63,028 bases of DNA, filler included, from Octopus bimaculoides (GCF_001194135.2; 8 parts of 8 records of this genome joined end to end with filler, not necessarily neighbours in it), one strand, 5' to 3'; shown: positions 13,113 to 24,457, counted from the first letter of the whole stretch. Notes: generated from the sequence alone by a model not told the origin. Made by a program: numbers and translations.

Positions 13113-13326
13113 TTAACCTTTTAGCGTTTAAACAGGCCATATCCAACCCGAATATGATACCTGTTTTATGTTCTAATCAGTCAGAACCAACTTATCATGC
13201 CTACCTTTCAATGGCATTCTGAAAATATACAATCACATCATCAAAATTTCAAAGCATGATTAATCTAAAACTATGAGAATGAAAAAAAACATATTTGATG
13301 GAATAATTTGAATGCTAAAGAGTTAA
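13113..13326. mobile_element. piggyBac-like MITE bounded by TTAA
   Basis: TTAA-CCTTTTAGC ... GCTAAAGAG-TTAA termini. Confidence 0.7.
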
Positions 13327-13361
13327 AGGCTTGTTATCAGATACAATTTTGGACAAGAATT

Positions 13362-14129
13362 TTAATCTTTTAGCATTCAGATTACTTTGTCAAATGTAAT
13401 ATTTATTCACATTGTTTTGGATTAATCATGCGGATCTTTTTTAAAACGGGGGCCACATTTTTCATTAACGAAACACTTTGAAACTTGGAACACTGGTAGA
13501 ATGTGTCATATAAAACATCTTTTTCTCTTAGTCTTCTTAAAAAAAAAGAAATCCATAAGTTATTCCATGTTAAAGTTGTTGTATTTCTGTAATTTCAACC
13601 AATCACTGACGTCCATTCAGCCGATATACATTAAGTGCCGACTACATAAACAAACGATTCTGAAACAATTAACCCTAACCCTAACCCTAGGGTTAGGGTT
13701 AAAGCAAATTTAAAATGAAAAAAGCAAATAAAACGAAGGTATGGAGATTAAATACGCTTTACATCGCTTAATCAGCCAAAGGAGTAAATATAAACAACTG
13801 AATACTTGTCAGTGATTGGTTGAAATTATCGAAATAAGACAATTTCTTACATGAAATAAATTCGAATACAAAAATATTTTTCTGTTCTATAACACAAAAT
13901 AGATAAGTATACGAAGTTTGAAAGTCTTTCCGTACCAAAAACACTACGTAAAACATTAATGGAAAATGTGGCCCCCGTTTTAAAATAGATCCAATCATGC
14001 ATTATCTCATAGCTTTGAGATTTTGATGTTTGTTTATTTTTAGAATGATATTATTAGGTAGGTGTGGCTGGTTTGAACATAAAAGAGAAAGAATTTTGGG
14101 GTTGGATATGGCCAATGCTAAAGGGTTAA
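13362..14129. mobile_element. piggyBac-like MITE bounded by TTAA, interrupted by a second MITE
   Basis: TTAA-TCTTTTAGCATT ... AATGCTAAAGGG-TTAA termini. The body resumes exactly after the nested insertion's TSD. Confidence 0.75.
13432..13992. mobile_element. Non-autonomous DNA transposon (MITE) with about 37-bp TIRs and 8-bp TSD
   Basis: Left TIR GGATCTTTTTTAAAACGGGGGCCACATTTTTCATTAA, right TIR TTAATGGAAAATGTGGCCCCCGTTTTAAAATAGATCC. TSD AATCATGC at 13424-13431 and 13993-14000. Confidence 0.92.
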
Positions 14130-14536
14130 GCAAACTTGATGCATAATGGATTCACTGTTACTAGCAATGTCATAGAAGCAAGTTCCATAGTGAACTTCAC
14201 AAAATTGTTTTAAAACAAAATAGATTTTCTAAAACAAGCCCATTACAAATGAAATTTTTGGTAGAAGCTTTGGCAGAGAAGTTTGGAAATTAGTTGACTG
14301 TTAATGAGAAAGTTGAAGTGGGAGCTATGATGAGGGTTGGAAATATGTCAAGCTGTTTATAATGAAGACTCTAAATTAGAAGAGTAGGATGAATCAAATC
14401 CACAAGAAATGGTAGATGCCTCTCCAGCCAGTCCTCAAATGCAAGAAATCTCAGTATTTTGTTGGAGTATGCAGTGTCAACTAGTAGAATTTCAAATTCT
14501 TTGACTTATTTTTTTAACATTAATTCCAGCATTTTA

Positions 14537-14937
14537 TCTTGTTTCAATCATTAGTCAGTGGCCATGCTGGGGCACCACTTTGAAAAATTTTTAGTCAAAT
14601 GAACCAACCCTAGTTCTTTGTTTTTTTAAAACTTGGTGCTTATTCTATTGCTCTTTTACTAAACTGCTAAATTACAGGGGACATAGACACATCAACACCA
14701 ATTGTCAAGGGGTTGTGGGAGACGGACACAGACGCACATACACAAAAGAGCACGCGCGTATATACACACACGCGCGCACGCAATGAGCTTATTTAAGTTT
14801 CCGTCTACCAAATTCACTCACAAGGCTTTGGTTGGTCTGAGGCTATAGTAGAAGACACTTGCCCAAAGTGTCATGCAGTGGGACTGACCCTGTAGCCATA
14901 TGTTTAGGAAGCAAGGTTCTTACTACACAGCTACACC
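14537..14937 (-). mobile_element. tRNA-derived CORE-like SINE, family C
   Basis: Reverse complement of the family C consensus (GTGGTAAG..CCCACTGC..TTGGGCAAGTGTCTTCTACTATAGCC..GGTAGACGGAAACT). Confidence 0.85.
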
Positions 14938-15847
14938 TAGGATTAAGAAATTTACAACTGTTTTCTATTAGTTTTATATGTGTTCATTTATAGATATAAA
15001 TGTACTTTTTTGTTTCANNNNNNNNNNNNNNNNNNNNNNNNNNNNNNNNNNNNNNNNNNNNNNNNNNNNNNNNNNNNNNNNNNNNNNNNNNNNNNNNNNN
15101 NNNNNNNNNNNNNNNNNNNNNNNNNNNNNNNNNNNNNNNNNNNNNNNNNNNNNNNNNNNNNNNNNNNNNNNNNNNNNNNNNNNNNNNNNNNNNNNNNNNN
15201 NNNNNNNNNNNNNNNNNNNNNNNNNNNNNNNNNNNNNNNNNNNNNNNNNNNNNNNNNNNNNNNNNNNNNNNNNNNNNNNNNNNNNNNNNNNNNNNNNNNN
15301 NNNNNNNNNNNNNNNNNNNNNNNNNNNNNNNNNNNNNNNNNNNNNNNNNNNNNNNNNNNNNNNNNNNNNNNNNNNNNNNNNNNNNNNNNNNNNNNNNNNN
15401 NNNNNNNNNNNNNNNNNNNNNNNNNNNNNNNNNNNNNNNNNNNNNNNNNNNNNNNNNNNNNNNNNNNNNNNNNNNNNNNNNNNNNNNNNNNNNNNNNNNN
15501 NNNNNNNNNNNNNNNNNNNNNNNNNNNNNNNNNNNNNNNNNNNNNNNNNNNNNNNNNNNNNNNNNNNNNNNNNNNNNNNNNNNNNNNNNNNAAAAGTCTG
15601 CAATGTTGATGTTTCTCACTCACTTTTTATGTATTTTCTCAATTTAAAAAAAAAGAAAACTTGCATATTCAAAATCTCTAATTTTCAATATAAAAAAATC
15701 TGAAAACTGTTTTTAGAAAATAAAATGGAAGCATAATCAAGAAAAAGAAAAGGAAACGGCTAGAAGGGTTGGGGTTAAAAATTCACATTTAAACAAGTGC
15801 TGCTAATTTTCAAAGGCTTTTAGTATTTGACATAGTATACAATAAAG

Positions 15848-16011
15848 TGGGCGTGGCTGTGTGGCAAGAAGCTTGCTTCCCAACCACATTGTTCTGGGTT
15901 CAGTCCCACTGCATAGCATCTTGGGTAATTGCTTTTACTATAGCTTTGGGCCAACCAAAGCCTTGTGAGTGGATGGATTTGGTAGACAGAAACTGAAAGA
16001 AAGTCATCATT

Positions 16012-16078
<67 letters not shown>

Positions 16079-16272
16079 TTATATATGTGTGTGTCTTTGT
16101 GCATGCGTTTGTCCCCTACTACTGCTTCACAGCTGGTGTTGGTGTGTTTACATTCCTGTAACTTAATGGTTTGGCAAATGATATCCATAGAATAAGTACT
16201 AGGCTTAAAAAGAAAGGTACTGGGGTTAAATCATTTGACTAAAAGTTCTTCAAGGTTGTGCCCCAGCATGGG
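15848..16272 (+). mobile_element. SINE, family C
   Basis: Head GGCGTGGCTGTGTGGCAAGAAGCTTGCTTCCCAACCAC, internal (TA)n(CA)n, tail ending CCCCAGCATGG. Confidence 0.85.
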
Positions 16273-16548
16273 GGTTGGATCTTTAACCAAGATGATAGTA
16301 AAATGGAATCATTGTGGTTTTGGGTCACTGCATGTCAAAATCTTCAAAATATTTTTTTAATGTAGCTGTAATTTGGGACTGAATCTGAATTTGTTATTCA
16401 TTTATTCCAGAAACATTTTGCGAACATATTACAGATGTTCAGAGTTTGATAATCTTCAGAATTTTCAGCCAATTAGAAAACAGTGCGTTCGCTGTCTCTT
16501 CCATCATCTGTCACAATAGTGAGAAGTGGGGGGGGGGTTACAACCTTT

Positions 16549-16712
16549 GTGCACATGCGCAGTGTCTTTGGTTACTATGGAAACAGTTCTTTGCAAACAG
16601 TTATAGAACATGTGGTAGTTACACTCCTTGGTTACTATAGAAACAGAATTCTTTGCTTACCATGCTAACCGAACTTCATGGTGATGTGTAAAATATTCGC
16701 TTCTGATTGGCT
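16549..16712. promoter_or_regulatory. Cluster of RFX X-box-like (x2), NRF1-like and CCAAT motifs
   Basis: GTTACTATGGAAAC 16571-16584, GTTACTATAGAAAC 16631-16644, GCACATGCGCA about 16551-16561, TGATTGGCT 16704-16712. May be carried by a repeat. Confidence 0.3.
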
Positions 16713-17548
16713 AAAATACCCAAATTTTGCAAACTTTAAAGGCCAATAACTTTTTAATTATAAATTTATAGGAAAAATGATTTTCATTTTCATAATTAGT
16801 GTACAAAACTTAATCCATATACCAAATTTGAAAACAATTGGAACAAAATTGGAGATAGTAATTTAAACCACAAAGATCTGTAAAACGCCTTAAAATGTAA
16901 CAAGTAGATACTGAATTGTAATGATAGTGGTCAGATCAGCTGTACTTCATCATTTTCAAATTCAGATCCTGCTAAGGTCAATTTTATTTTTCATCCTATA
17001 GAAATTGGCAAAATATGTCCCAACAAAGCACAAGGATTGATCTCATCAACTCTGGCCACCTCCCACCTCAATATATGGTTTATCTGGTTGGCAGAATTAG
17101 TAGAGCAAGGAATGAAATATCTTAATATCTTGCAGTATTTAGTTATGTTCTGACTACAATAAAAAACAACTGGTTCAAATGAAGTCACCTGCTAAACAAT
17201 AGTATTTCTGATTGCACTATGGTGCTTGTTCTGAAATTCCTCACTGCAAAAGAGAAAGCCTTTAGGTTACAAGCATCTGTGCAAAGTGAATGTACTATGT
17301 TATTTTTTGTTAAATTATTTATTAAACTGAATTAATTGAAAAATTAATATTCTTCTCTCTCTTGATGTACATAAATAAGCAATGGAATAATGTGCATAAA
17401 TAAGCAGTGAAATATTTTACAAAATAATATATATTTGAAGTTTACACTGAAGGAAAACACAACAGGAAATTGTTTAACTTGTTAACAAAAAGCAGTTAAA
17501 ATCAAGTGTACATGATGAATAAAGTAAAGTTCAAGAATGTTGTTGTTG

Positions 17549-17880
17549 GCAGTCCGTCGCTTACGACGTCGAGGGTTCCAGTTGATCCGATCAACGGACC
17601 AGCCTGCTCGTGAAATTAACGTGCAAGTGGCTGAGCACTCCACAGACACGTGTACCCTTAACGTAGTTCTCTGGGATGTTCAGCGTGACACAGTGTGACA
17701 AGGATGACCCTTTGAATTACAGGCACAACAGAAACAAGAAGAAAGAGTGAGAGAAAGTTGTGGTGAAAGAGTACAGCAGGGTTCGCCACCATCCCCTGCC
17801 GGAACCTCGTGGAGCTTTAGGTGTTTTCGCTCAATAAACACTTACAATGCCCGGTCTGGGAATCAAAACCGCGATCCTAT
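17549..17880 (-). mobile_element. tRNA-derived SINE with a distinct body; 3' tail shared with 37027-37315
   Basis: Minus-strand head ATAGGATCGCGGTTTTGATTCCCAGACCGGG. Tail GTGTCTGTGGAGTGCTCAGCCACTTGCACGTTAATTTCACGAGCAGGC. Confidence 0.8.
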
Positions 17881-18349
17881 NNNNNNNNNNNNNNNNNNNN
17901 NNNNNNNNNNNNNNNNNNNNNNNNNNNNNNNNNNNNNNNNNNNNNNNNNNNNNNNNNNNNNNNNNNNNNNNNNNNNNNNNNNNNNNNNNNNNNNNNNNNN
18001 NNNNNNNNNNNNNNNNNNNNNNNNNNNNNNNNNNNNNNNNNNNNNNNNNNNNNNNNNNNNNNNNNNNNNNNNNNNNNNNNNNNNNNNNNNNNNNNNNNNN
18101 NNNNNNNNNNNNNNNNNNNNNNNNNNNNNNNNNNNNNNNNNNNNNNNNNNNNNNNNNNNNNNNNNNNNNNNNNNNNNNNNNNNNNNNNNNNNNNNNNNNN
18201 NNNNNNNNNNNNNNNNNNNNNNNNNNNNNNNNNNNNNNNNNNNNNNNNNNNNNNNNNNNNNNNNNNNNNNNNNNNNNNNNNNNNNCATTGATACTGCTTC
18301 AGCTGTGGTGCCATTTATGTTTCTGCAGCTTGGCAGTTTCAGTGTGCAT

Positions 18350-18627
18350 AAACAAGTGGAATAAAGTGGCATGTAAAAAGCACCGTTCAAGCATGGTCAT
18401 TGCCAGTGCTACCTGACTGACCCTTGTGCTAATGGCATGTGAAAAGCACCCGCTACAACTCTCGGAGTGGTTGGCATTAAGAAAGTCATCCAGCTGTAGA
18501 AACTTTGCCAGATCAGATTGGAGCCTGGTGCAGCCTTCTGGCTTGCCAGCCCTCTGTCAAACTGTCCAACCCATGCCAGCATGGAAAGCGGACGTTAAAT
18601 GACGATGATGATGATGATGATGATGAT
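18350..18627 (+). mobile_element. 3' UTR fragment of an RTE-type LINE with (GAT)n tail
   Basis: Reverse complement of 45690-45870, which is continuous with RTE RT C-terminal coding sequence. Ends GGACGTTAAA(TGA)n. Confidence 0.8.
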
Positions 18628-19129
18628 AAGAGTTGGTGGTTGGAAGTACATTCAGCCATAGAATACTGCCAAGCGATCTTGCCCAACCATACCAGCTTGG
18701 GAAAAGCAGATGTTAAAATGATGGTATCAACTTGACAAAATAGAAATACTCTAGATATCTTCCTATATGATGGAGAAATGCAGCCCGACTATACCAGACA
18801 ATAGCATCTCTTTCCTAAATATTATTTCCATTAATCAGTATAATTTATAATTTAATGAAAAAGCATGATACTTTCACTTTACACAGTAACTTCCAGTTTA
18901 CAAAATCAGCTTTCACTTTTGTGGAGAACGAGTTGTGTGGGAGGAATTACTGCATACTTAAATCTATTTTATTCTGCTATTTTTATCTTCTCAGTTATAT
19001 AACAGCAGGTTAGATTACACACACACACACACATATCTATTTATATGTATACACACACTGACACATATATACGCACACACATATATATGTATACATACAC
19101 ACACGTATATATGTATGTATATAAAAAAG

Positions 19130-19378
19130 AAATGCACCCTTATAAATCCTACCCAGACTCATGGGCCCAGTTTCCCAGTTTCAATGGCGTATATGTACCC
19201 CAGCTTGACTGGACGCCAGTCCATCGCAGCATTACTCATTTTTGCCAGCTGAGTGGACTGGAGCAACGTGAAATGAAGTGTTTTGCTCAAGAACACAACG
19301 CGTCGCTCGGTCCAAGAATCGAAACCATAATCTTACGATCATGATGCTGACACCCTAACCACTAAGCCACACTCCTCC
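19130..19378 (-). mobile_element. SINE with family A head and core, third tail type
   Basis: Minus strand GTGGCTTAGTGGTTAGGG..GGTTTCGATTC..TTCTTGAGCAAAACACTTCATTTCACGTTGCTCCAG, then a different tail. Confidence 0.8.
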
Positions 19379-19702
19379 ACATATGTATGTATACACACAC
19401 ATATATACATGCACACACATATACGTATGTATACAAACACGCATATATGTATGCACACACACACACACATATAAATAAAAAATACACATTAAGTACAGGA
19501 CATCACTAACAAGTGAAAAATACGTAAGGACAAAATACCAAAAAATGTCTAACTTCTCCTCAGTTGACGCCTGTTTATTACTCCCTATTTCAAACTTTCA
19601 ATGACAAGATAAGAAAACTTCATAAGACAGCAGCATCCAGAAATTAAAAAAAAAAAAAATTTGTGGGGACTTAGGGCTTCGAATGAACAAATAACAACAG
19701 AG

Positions 19703-19973
19703 TGAAGTAGTTGTATGCTGTCAACTTAATGTGACAGTCCTCTGAAGGGAATAATACTCCTGTTGGTCAGACCTAGGAAGCTGCACCTCTTCTTGTCAGC
19801 CTTGACGCATTTCCTGTGTCCTTATATTTACAAGGGGGAGACAAGCACCTCCACCTTGTAAACATAAGGACACAGGAAATGTGTCAAGGCCAACAGGAAG
19901 CGGTGAAGCTTAACAGTCGTATTATTTCCTTCAGGGGACTGTCACATTAAGTTGACAGCATACAACTACTTCA
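19703..19973. repeat. Long imperfect inverted repeat (foldback, MITE-like)
   Basis: Outer arms of about 55 bp (TGAAGTAGTTGTATGCTGTCAACTTAATGTGACAGTCC...) and inner arms of about 36 bp (CCTTGACGCATTTCCTGTGTCCTTATATTTACAAGG) are nearly perfectly complementary. Central loop about 18 nt. Confidence 0.92.
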
Positions 19974-20433
19974 TTGTATCACTACTGCATAAATCTCTCT
20001 GAGAGATTTAGAAATGTATTATTTCTAAACAACAGTGTACGTACAGAGTAAACAATCAACGAAGACAAACATTAAGGGTTGTTAGGCCAAGACAAATTGT
20101 AATGGGTAACACCTGGGAGAAATTTTAAAAGGATACAGATTAAATAGAAGGGAAGAAAATAGTAGAAGAGAAAAAATGTCAGGAGGCAAGAGAAATGACA
20201 TCTAGCTAGGTGGACATCTGGTCCAGAAAAGACAGAGGTGAGAGGAAATTGGCCTGTAGTCATGTGTTACCAACAGACAGAGAGAAAGGGGGATGAGAGA
20301 AAGAAACAAAGGGAGTGACGAGAAGGGTGAAGGAATGAAAGATAGTAAGGAGTAGAAGAAAGACAGGACAGCGAAGAAGGAGGGGGATCCCTCTATAATT
20401 CTCTTTATTTTCCGTTTCTCCCTCCTCCTTCTT

Positions 20434-21250
20434 CAGGAGGTTTTTATTCTTATTTTTGAAGGCCCTTGGGTTCGTGGATTTGTAGATAAGTCCTGTTTTC
20501 ATCACGAAGCCAGCAGCATTGCCACACGTAATTAGCATCACTCTGTCTTTCTGTGCCTTAAATCCTCAGGTTCTGGCTTCATCCTTCATGATGTATGTTC
20601 TGGAAGGCATCTTCTTCCAGAACAAGCCAGTCTTGTCCATATTGAAAACCTGTACCGGCTTGTATCCCTTGTCCTCAGTGATCTGCCTGAAGGTCTTAAG
20701 GTACTTCTTAGCGGCTTCTTTGTTGGTTGATGCTGTGTCTCCATGCAGGGAAAAACACTTTATTTTAAACCGTTCCTGGAGACAGTCAAACCATCCCTCG
20801 CTGGTTTGAAAATCTTTGGGCTCCGGTGCTGTCAATGGTCTTGGTTGCAGTTCTTTGGTGCCCTCTACTCCGTCTCCTCTGTCGAACTGTTGGTATAATT
20901 TCCACAATGTGCTCATGGATGATGTTACCACTCAAGGGGATGTTTTTTTTCTTGCAGTCAATGATCCACAATGCCAAGTCAGATTCCATCCTGACGAAGT
21001 GCTTATTTCTCACTATTGTTATCTATTTGGCATGTTCATAGAAACTTACTGTTACGGTAGTCCTGATTGCCTCCTTGTTCTTCTTTATGGTGCTTTCATT
21101 GACAAAATAACAGCGACCTACTGCAGCATAACTTTTACCTTCCTGGAACATATCCAGCAGTTGTGCCTTCTCATGGAGCATCATAACCTTTTTCTGGTGC
21201 TTAGGTTCACTGCCAGAAGCCTTAGAAAATGTAGAGCGTTTGGGCGGCAA
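20434..21250 (-). pseudogene. Tigger/pogo-family transposase pseudogene (CENP-B-type HTH and start of DDE_1 domain), 3'-truncated
   Basis: MPPKRS..KVMMLHEKAQLLD..VGRCYFVNESTI; MESDLALWI..IPLSGNII; F.TSEGWF..F..SLHGDTAS; GY.P.QVFNMDKTGLFWKKMPSRTYI; KDRV.LITCGNAAG..LIYKS.NPRAFK. Contains frameshifts and stops. Confidence 0.92.
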
Positions 21251-22995
21251 CTTACAGCTTTAATAACACGCTGTGAAAAACACAGCACTCAACAAAATAC
21301 TAGAGATAGCTACTGGAGGCAGTCCCTATTACCAAAAAAATCTTCATTGCATCTAATGTGCGCATACCATGAATGGGAAATTGAGCAGAGATTAAAAATT
21401 TAGTTTGTATTGCCAGTAGATACAGTAATCTATACTGTGATAATTAATGAGAGTGAGAGGGGCGGGGACCAGCTGGTAACCTAATTTCAATGAGGCTATA
21501 TTGCCTCACGACCTTAAAAATTATCCTGTTGAAATATTGTGTATGGTTAAATGTAGTGATGATGTTAAAAAAGGCATTGGTATAAAATTAACGTCCACTC
21601 TCGTGTTGTATATATATATCTTTGATCTCTCATTGCTAGCCCAAGTAATACTGGTGTGATACACAGTGTGTGTATATGTGTGTGTAAATATATATATATA
21701 TATATATATNNNNNNNNNNNNNNNNNNNNNNNNNNNNNNNNNNNNNNNNNNNNNNNNNNNNNNNNNNNNNNNNNNNNNNNNNNNNNNNNNNNNNNNNNNN
21801 NNNNNNNNNNNNNNNNNNNNNNNNNNNNNNNNNNNNNNNNNNNNNNNNNNNNNNNNNNNNNNNNNNNNNNNNNNNNNNNNNNNNNNNNNNNNNNNNNNNN
21901 NNNNNNNNNNNNNNNNNNNNNNNNNNNNNNNNNNNNNNNNNNNNNNNNNNNNNNNNNNNNNNNNNNNNNNNNNNNNNNNNNNNNNNNNNNNNNNNNNNNN
22001 NNNNNNNNNNNNNNNNNNNNNNNNNNNNNNNNNNNNNNNNNNNNNNNNNNNNNNNNNNNNNNNNNNNNNNNNNNNNNNNNNNNNNNNNNNNNNNNNNNNN
22101 NNNNNNNNNNNNNNNNNNNNNNNNNNNNNNNNNNNNNNNNNNNNNNNNNNNNNNNNNNNNNNNNNNNNNNNNNNNNNNNNNNNNNNNNNNNNNNNNNNNN
22201 NNNNNNNNNNNNNNNNNNNNNNNNNNNNNNNNNNNNNNNNNNNNNNNNNNNNNNNNNNNNNNNNNNNNNNNNNNNNNNNNNNNNNNNNNNNNNNNNNNNN
22301 NNNNNNNNNNNNNNNNNNNNNNNNNNNNNNNNNNNNNNNNNNNNNNNNNNNNNNNNNNNNNNNNNNNNNNNNNNNNNNNNNNNNNNNNNNNNNNNNNNNN
22401 NNNNNNNNNNNNNNNNNNNNNNNNNNNNNNNNNNNNNNNNNNNNNNNNNNNNNNNNNNNNNNNNNNNNNNNNNNNNNNNNNNNNNNNNNNNNNNNNNNNN
22501 NNNNNNNNNNNNNNNNNNNNNNNNNNNNNNNNNNNNNNNNNNNNNNNNNNNNNNNNNNNNNNNNNNNNNNNNNNNNNNNNNNNNNNNNNNNNNNNNNNNN
22601 NNNNNNNNNNNNNNNNNNNNNNNNNNNNNNNNNNNNNNNNNNNNNNNNNNNNNNNNNNNNNNNNNNNATGTATGTACATTTCGAGCATGTAGGAATTTTG
22701 AAGGAAACAACTGCAGGTTATTTTTGAGAAGTGTTCCCCACTCGGTGGTGTTTCGGAGCAAGTCATCCATATTTGTTTCATTTTTCTCTATTATGTGCGT
22801 AAGTGCATCCATAGATTTCTAATGAAGTAATAGGCAGTGAAGAGAAGCCGTCATAAGAAAACTTTTAACTACCTCTAGCCCTTTCTCCCTACCCCTTCCT
22901 CTCTTGTTCTCTCAAACGCATACACATGCAAGTACACAATCATTCAGTAAAATATAACTCATGTTCGTCAATATTTTGTAAATATACCACGATTT

Positions 22996-23145
22996 TCACT
23001 CGGGTGTTAGGGTTAGGGTTTTAGGGTCAGGGCTAGGGTTTAGGGTTACGGTTAGGATTAGTGTTATGGTTTTAGGGTCAGGCTTAGGGTTTAAGGTTAA
23101 TGTTAGGGTTAGTGTTAGGATTAGGTTTAGGATTAGGGTTGGGTA
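22996..23145 (+). repeat. Degenerate interstitial (TTAGGG)n-like tract
   Basis: About 24 imperfect TTAGGG-like units, probably internal to a repeat element. Confidence 0.85.
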
Positions 23146-23432
23146 ATCGTGCGGGTGTTAATCTGAAAAATTACAGATATGTGAAAAGTACCGACCCTGC
23201 CATCTATTATAACTTTTGTTTTTCTGTTTAATATATACATAGATTATGCCTCCAAAGAAGAGAGCTTGCTGGGGAAAGGAAGCAACCGGTTTAAAATGAC
23301 ATTCCAGAAGCTACTTTGAACATAATGCAAAATGGTGCATCAACATCTGTCCAATCTGATAGAATTCTGGCAAAACTGTGTACCAACAGATCGCCAGCAA
23401 TTGCTTCATCAGAAATTGCCATCCTAGCTCCT

Positions 23433-23532
23433 NNNNNNNNNNNNNNNNNNNNNNNNNNNNNNNNNNNNNNNNNNNNTTAATTAATTAANNNNNNNNNNNN
23501 NNNNNNNNNNNNNNNNNNNNNNNNNNNNNNNN
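23433..23532. other. Artificial 100-nt assembly spacer N44-TTAATTAATTAA-N44 (also centred at about 37857, 46666, 53594, 58334, 60484 and 61693)
   Basis: An identical 12-mer with stops in all six frames sits in the middle of N runs seven times. Confidence 0.93.
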
Positions 23533-23713
23533 TTGCCAGTTTAGCCAATAAAAACACACGCACTATATATTTTGTGTTAATTTGCTTCAACTTTATTTTA
23601 CATTAATCGTATGAATACGATTAATGCAAAAATATACGATTAATGTAAAATAAAGCTGAAGCAAATTAACACCAAATATATAGTGCATGTGCTTTTATTG
23701 GTTAAACTGGCAA
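23533..23713. repeat. Foldback inverted repeat (MITE-like), cut by the spacer on the left
   Basis: About 80-bp arms TTGCCAGTTTAGCCAATAAAAACACACGCAC...TACATTAATCGTAT versus ATACGATTAATGTAA...TTATTGGTTAAACTGGCAA, with few mismatches. Confidence 0.9.
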
Positions 23714-23763
23714 CATGACCATCCCCAAATACAACAATATACATACATACATACATACATACA

Positions 23764-23789
<26 letters not shown>

Positions 23790-23794
<5 letters not shown>

Positions 23795-23935
23795 GTGCCC
23801 GTCTACTAAAATTACTCACAAAGTATCGGTCGGGCGGGGGCCAAAATAGAGGTCACTTACTTAAATTGCTGCCCATTGGGACTGAAATCGAAGCTACATG
23901 GTTGCAAAGTGAGCTTTCTTAATCATACAATCATC
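23790..23935 (-). mobile_element. Degenerate family C SINE head fragment
   Basis: CCGTCTACTAAAATTACTCACAAAG..GGGACTGAA..CATGGTTGCAAAG resembles the reverse complement of family C. Confidence 0.55.
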
Positions 23936-24420
23936 CTTTCACATTAAAAAGACAATAGACAGACAGTCACTTCTAATTTTCTGCTCCGTTGCCTCACTCT
24001 GTCTGACGAAAGCAACTGAACCGAAAATTTGATGTCACAGTCAAACATTTTCTTGTGTGTGTGTGTATATATATATATAAATACACACATACACACATAC
24101 AATATTACATATATATATATGCATAAATGTATATCACATACATACAAATATATATAATTATTAGATAATAAGTATCCCACCGGTGAGGGATCGATGTGAG
24201 ATGGGTCGAAAAAATTGTAGTGAATAATAAAAATTCTCGTATCTTCCCTCTCATTAACCAAAAACCATACACACACACACACACGCGCGCACATATATAT
24301 ATATGTATACTCTCACATACATAGATTTTAATGGTGGAATATCTGTCAAGTTATAATGAAAACAATTTTTCATTAAGGATTACCCAATATTTTTTAAACC
24401 ACTCTTATAAAATATTTATA

Positions 24421-24457
<37 letters not shown>

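Noticed and set aside
22996-23145. True telomere or chromosome fusion site
   Set aside because: The repeats are highly degenerate, short, in a single orientation and embedded in repeat-like flanks.
22668-23432. Short open frames MDALTHIIEKN.. and ..ISDEAIAGDLLVHSFAR.. as exons
   Set aside because: No recognisable homology, weak or absent donor sites, and both abut gaps.
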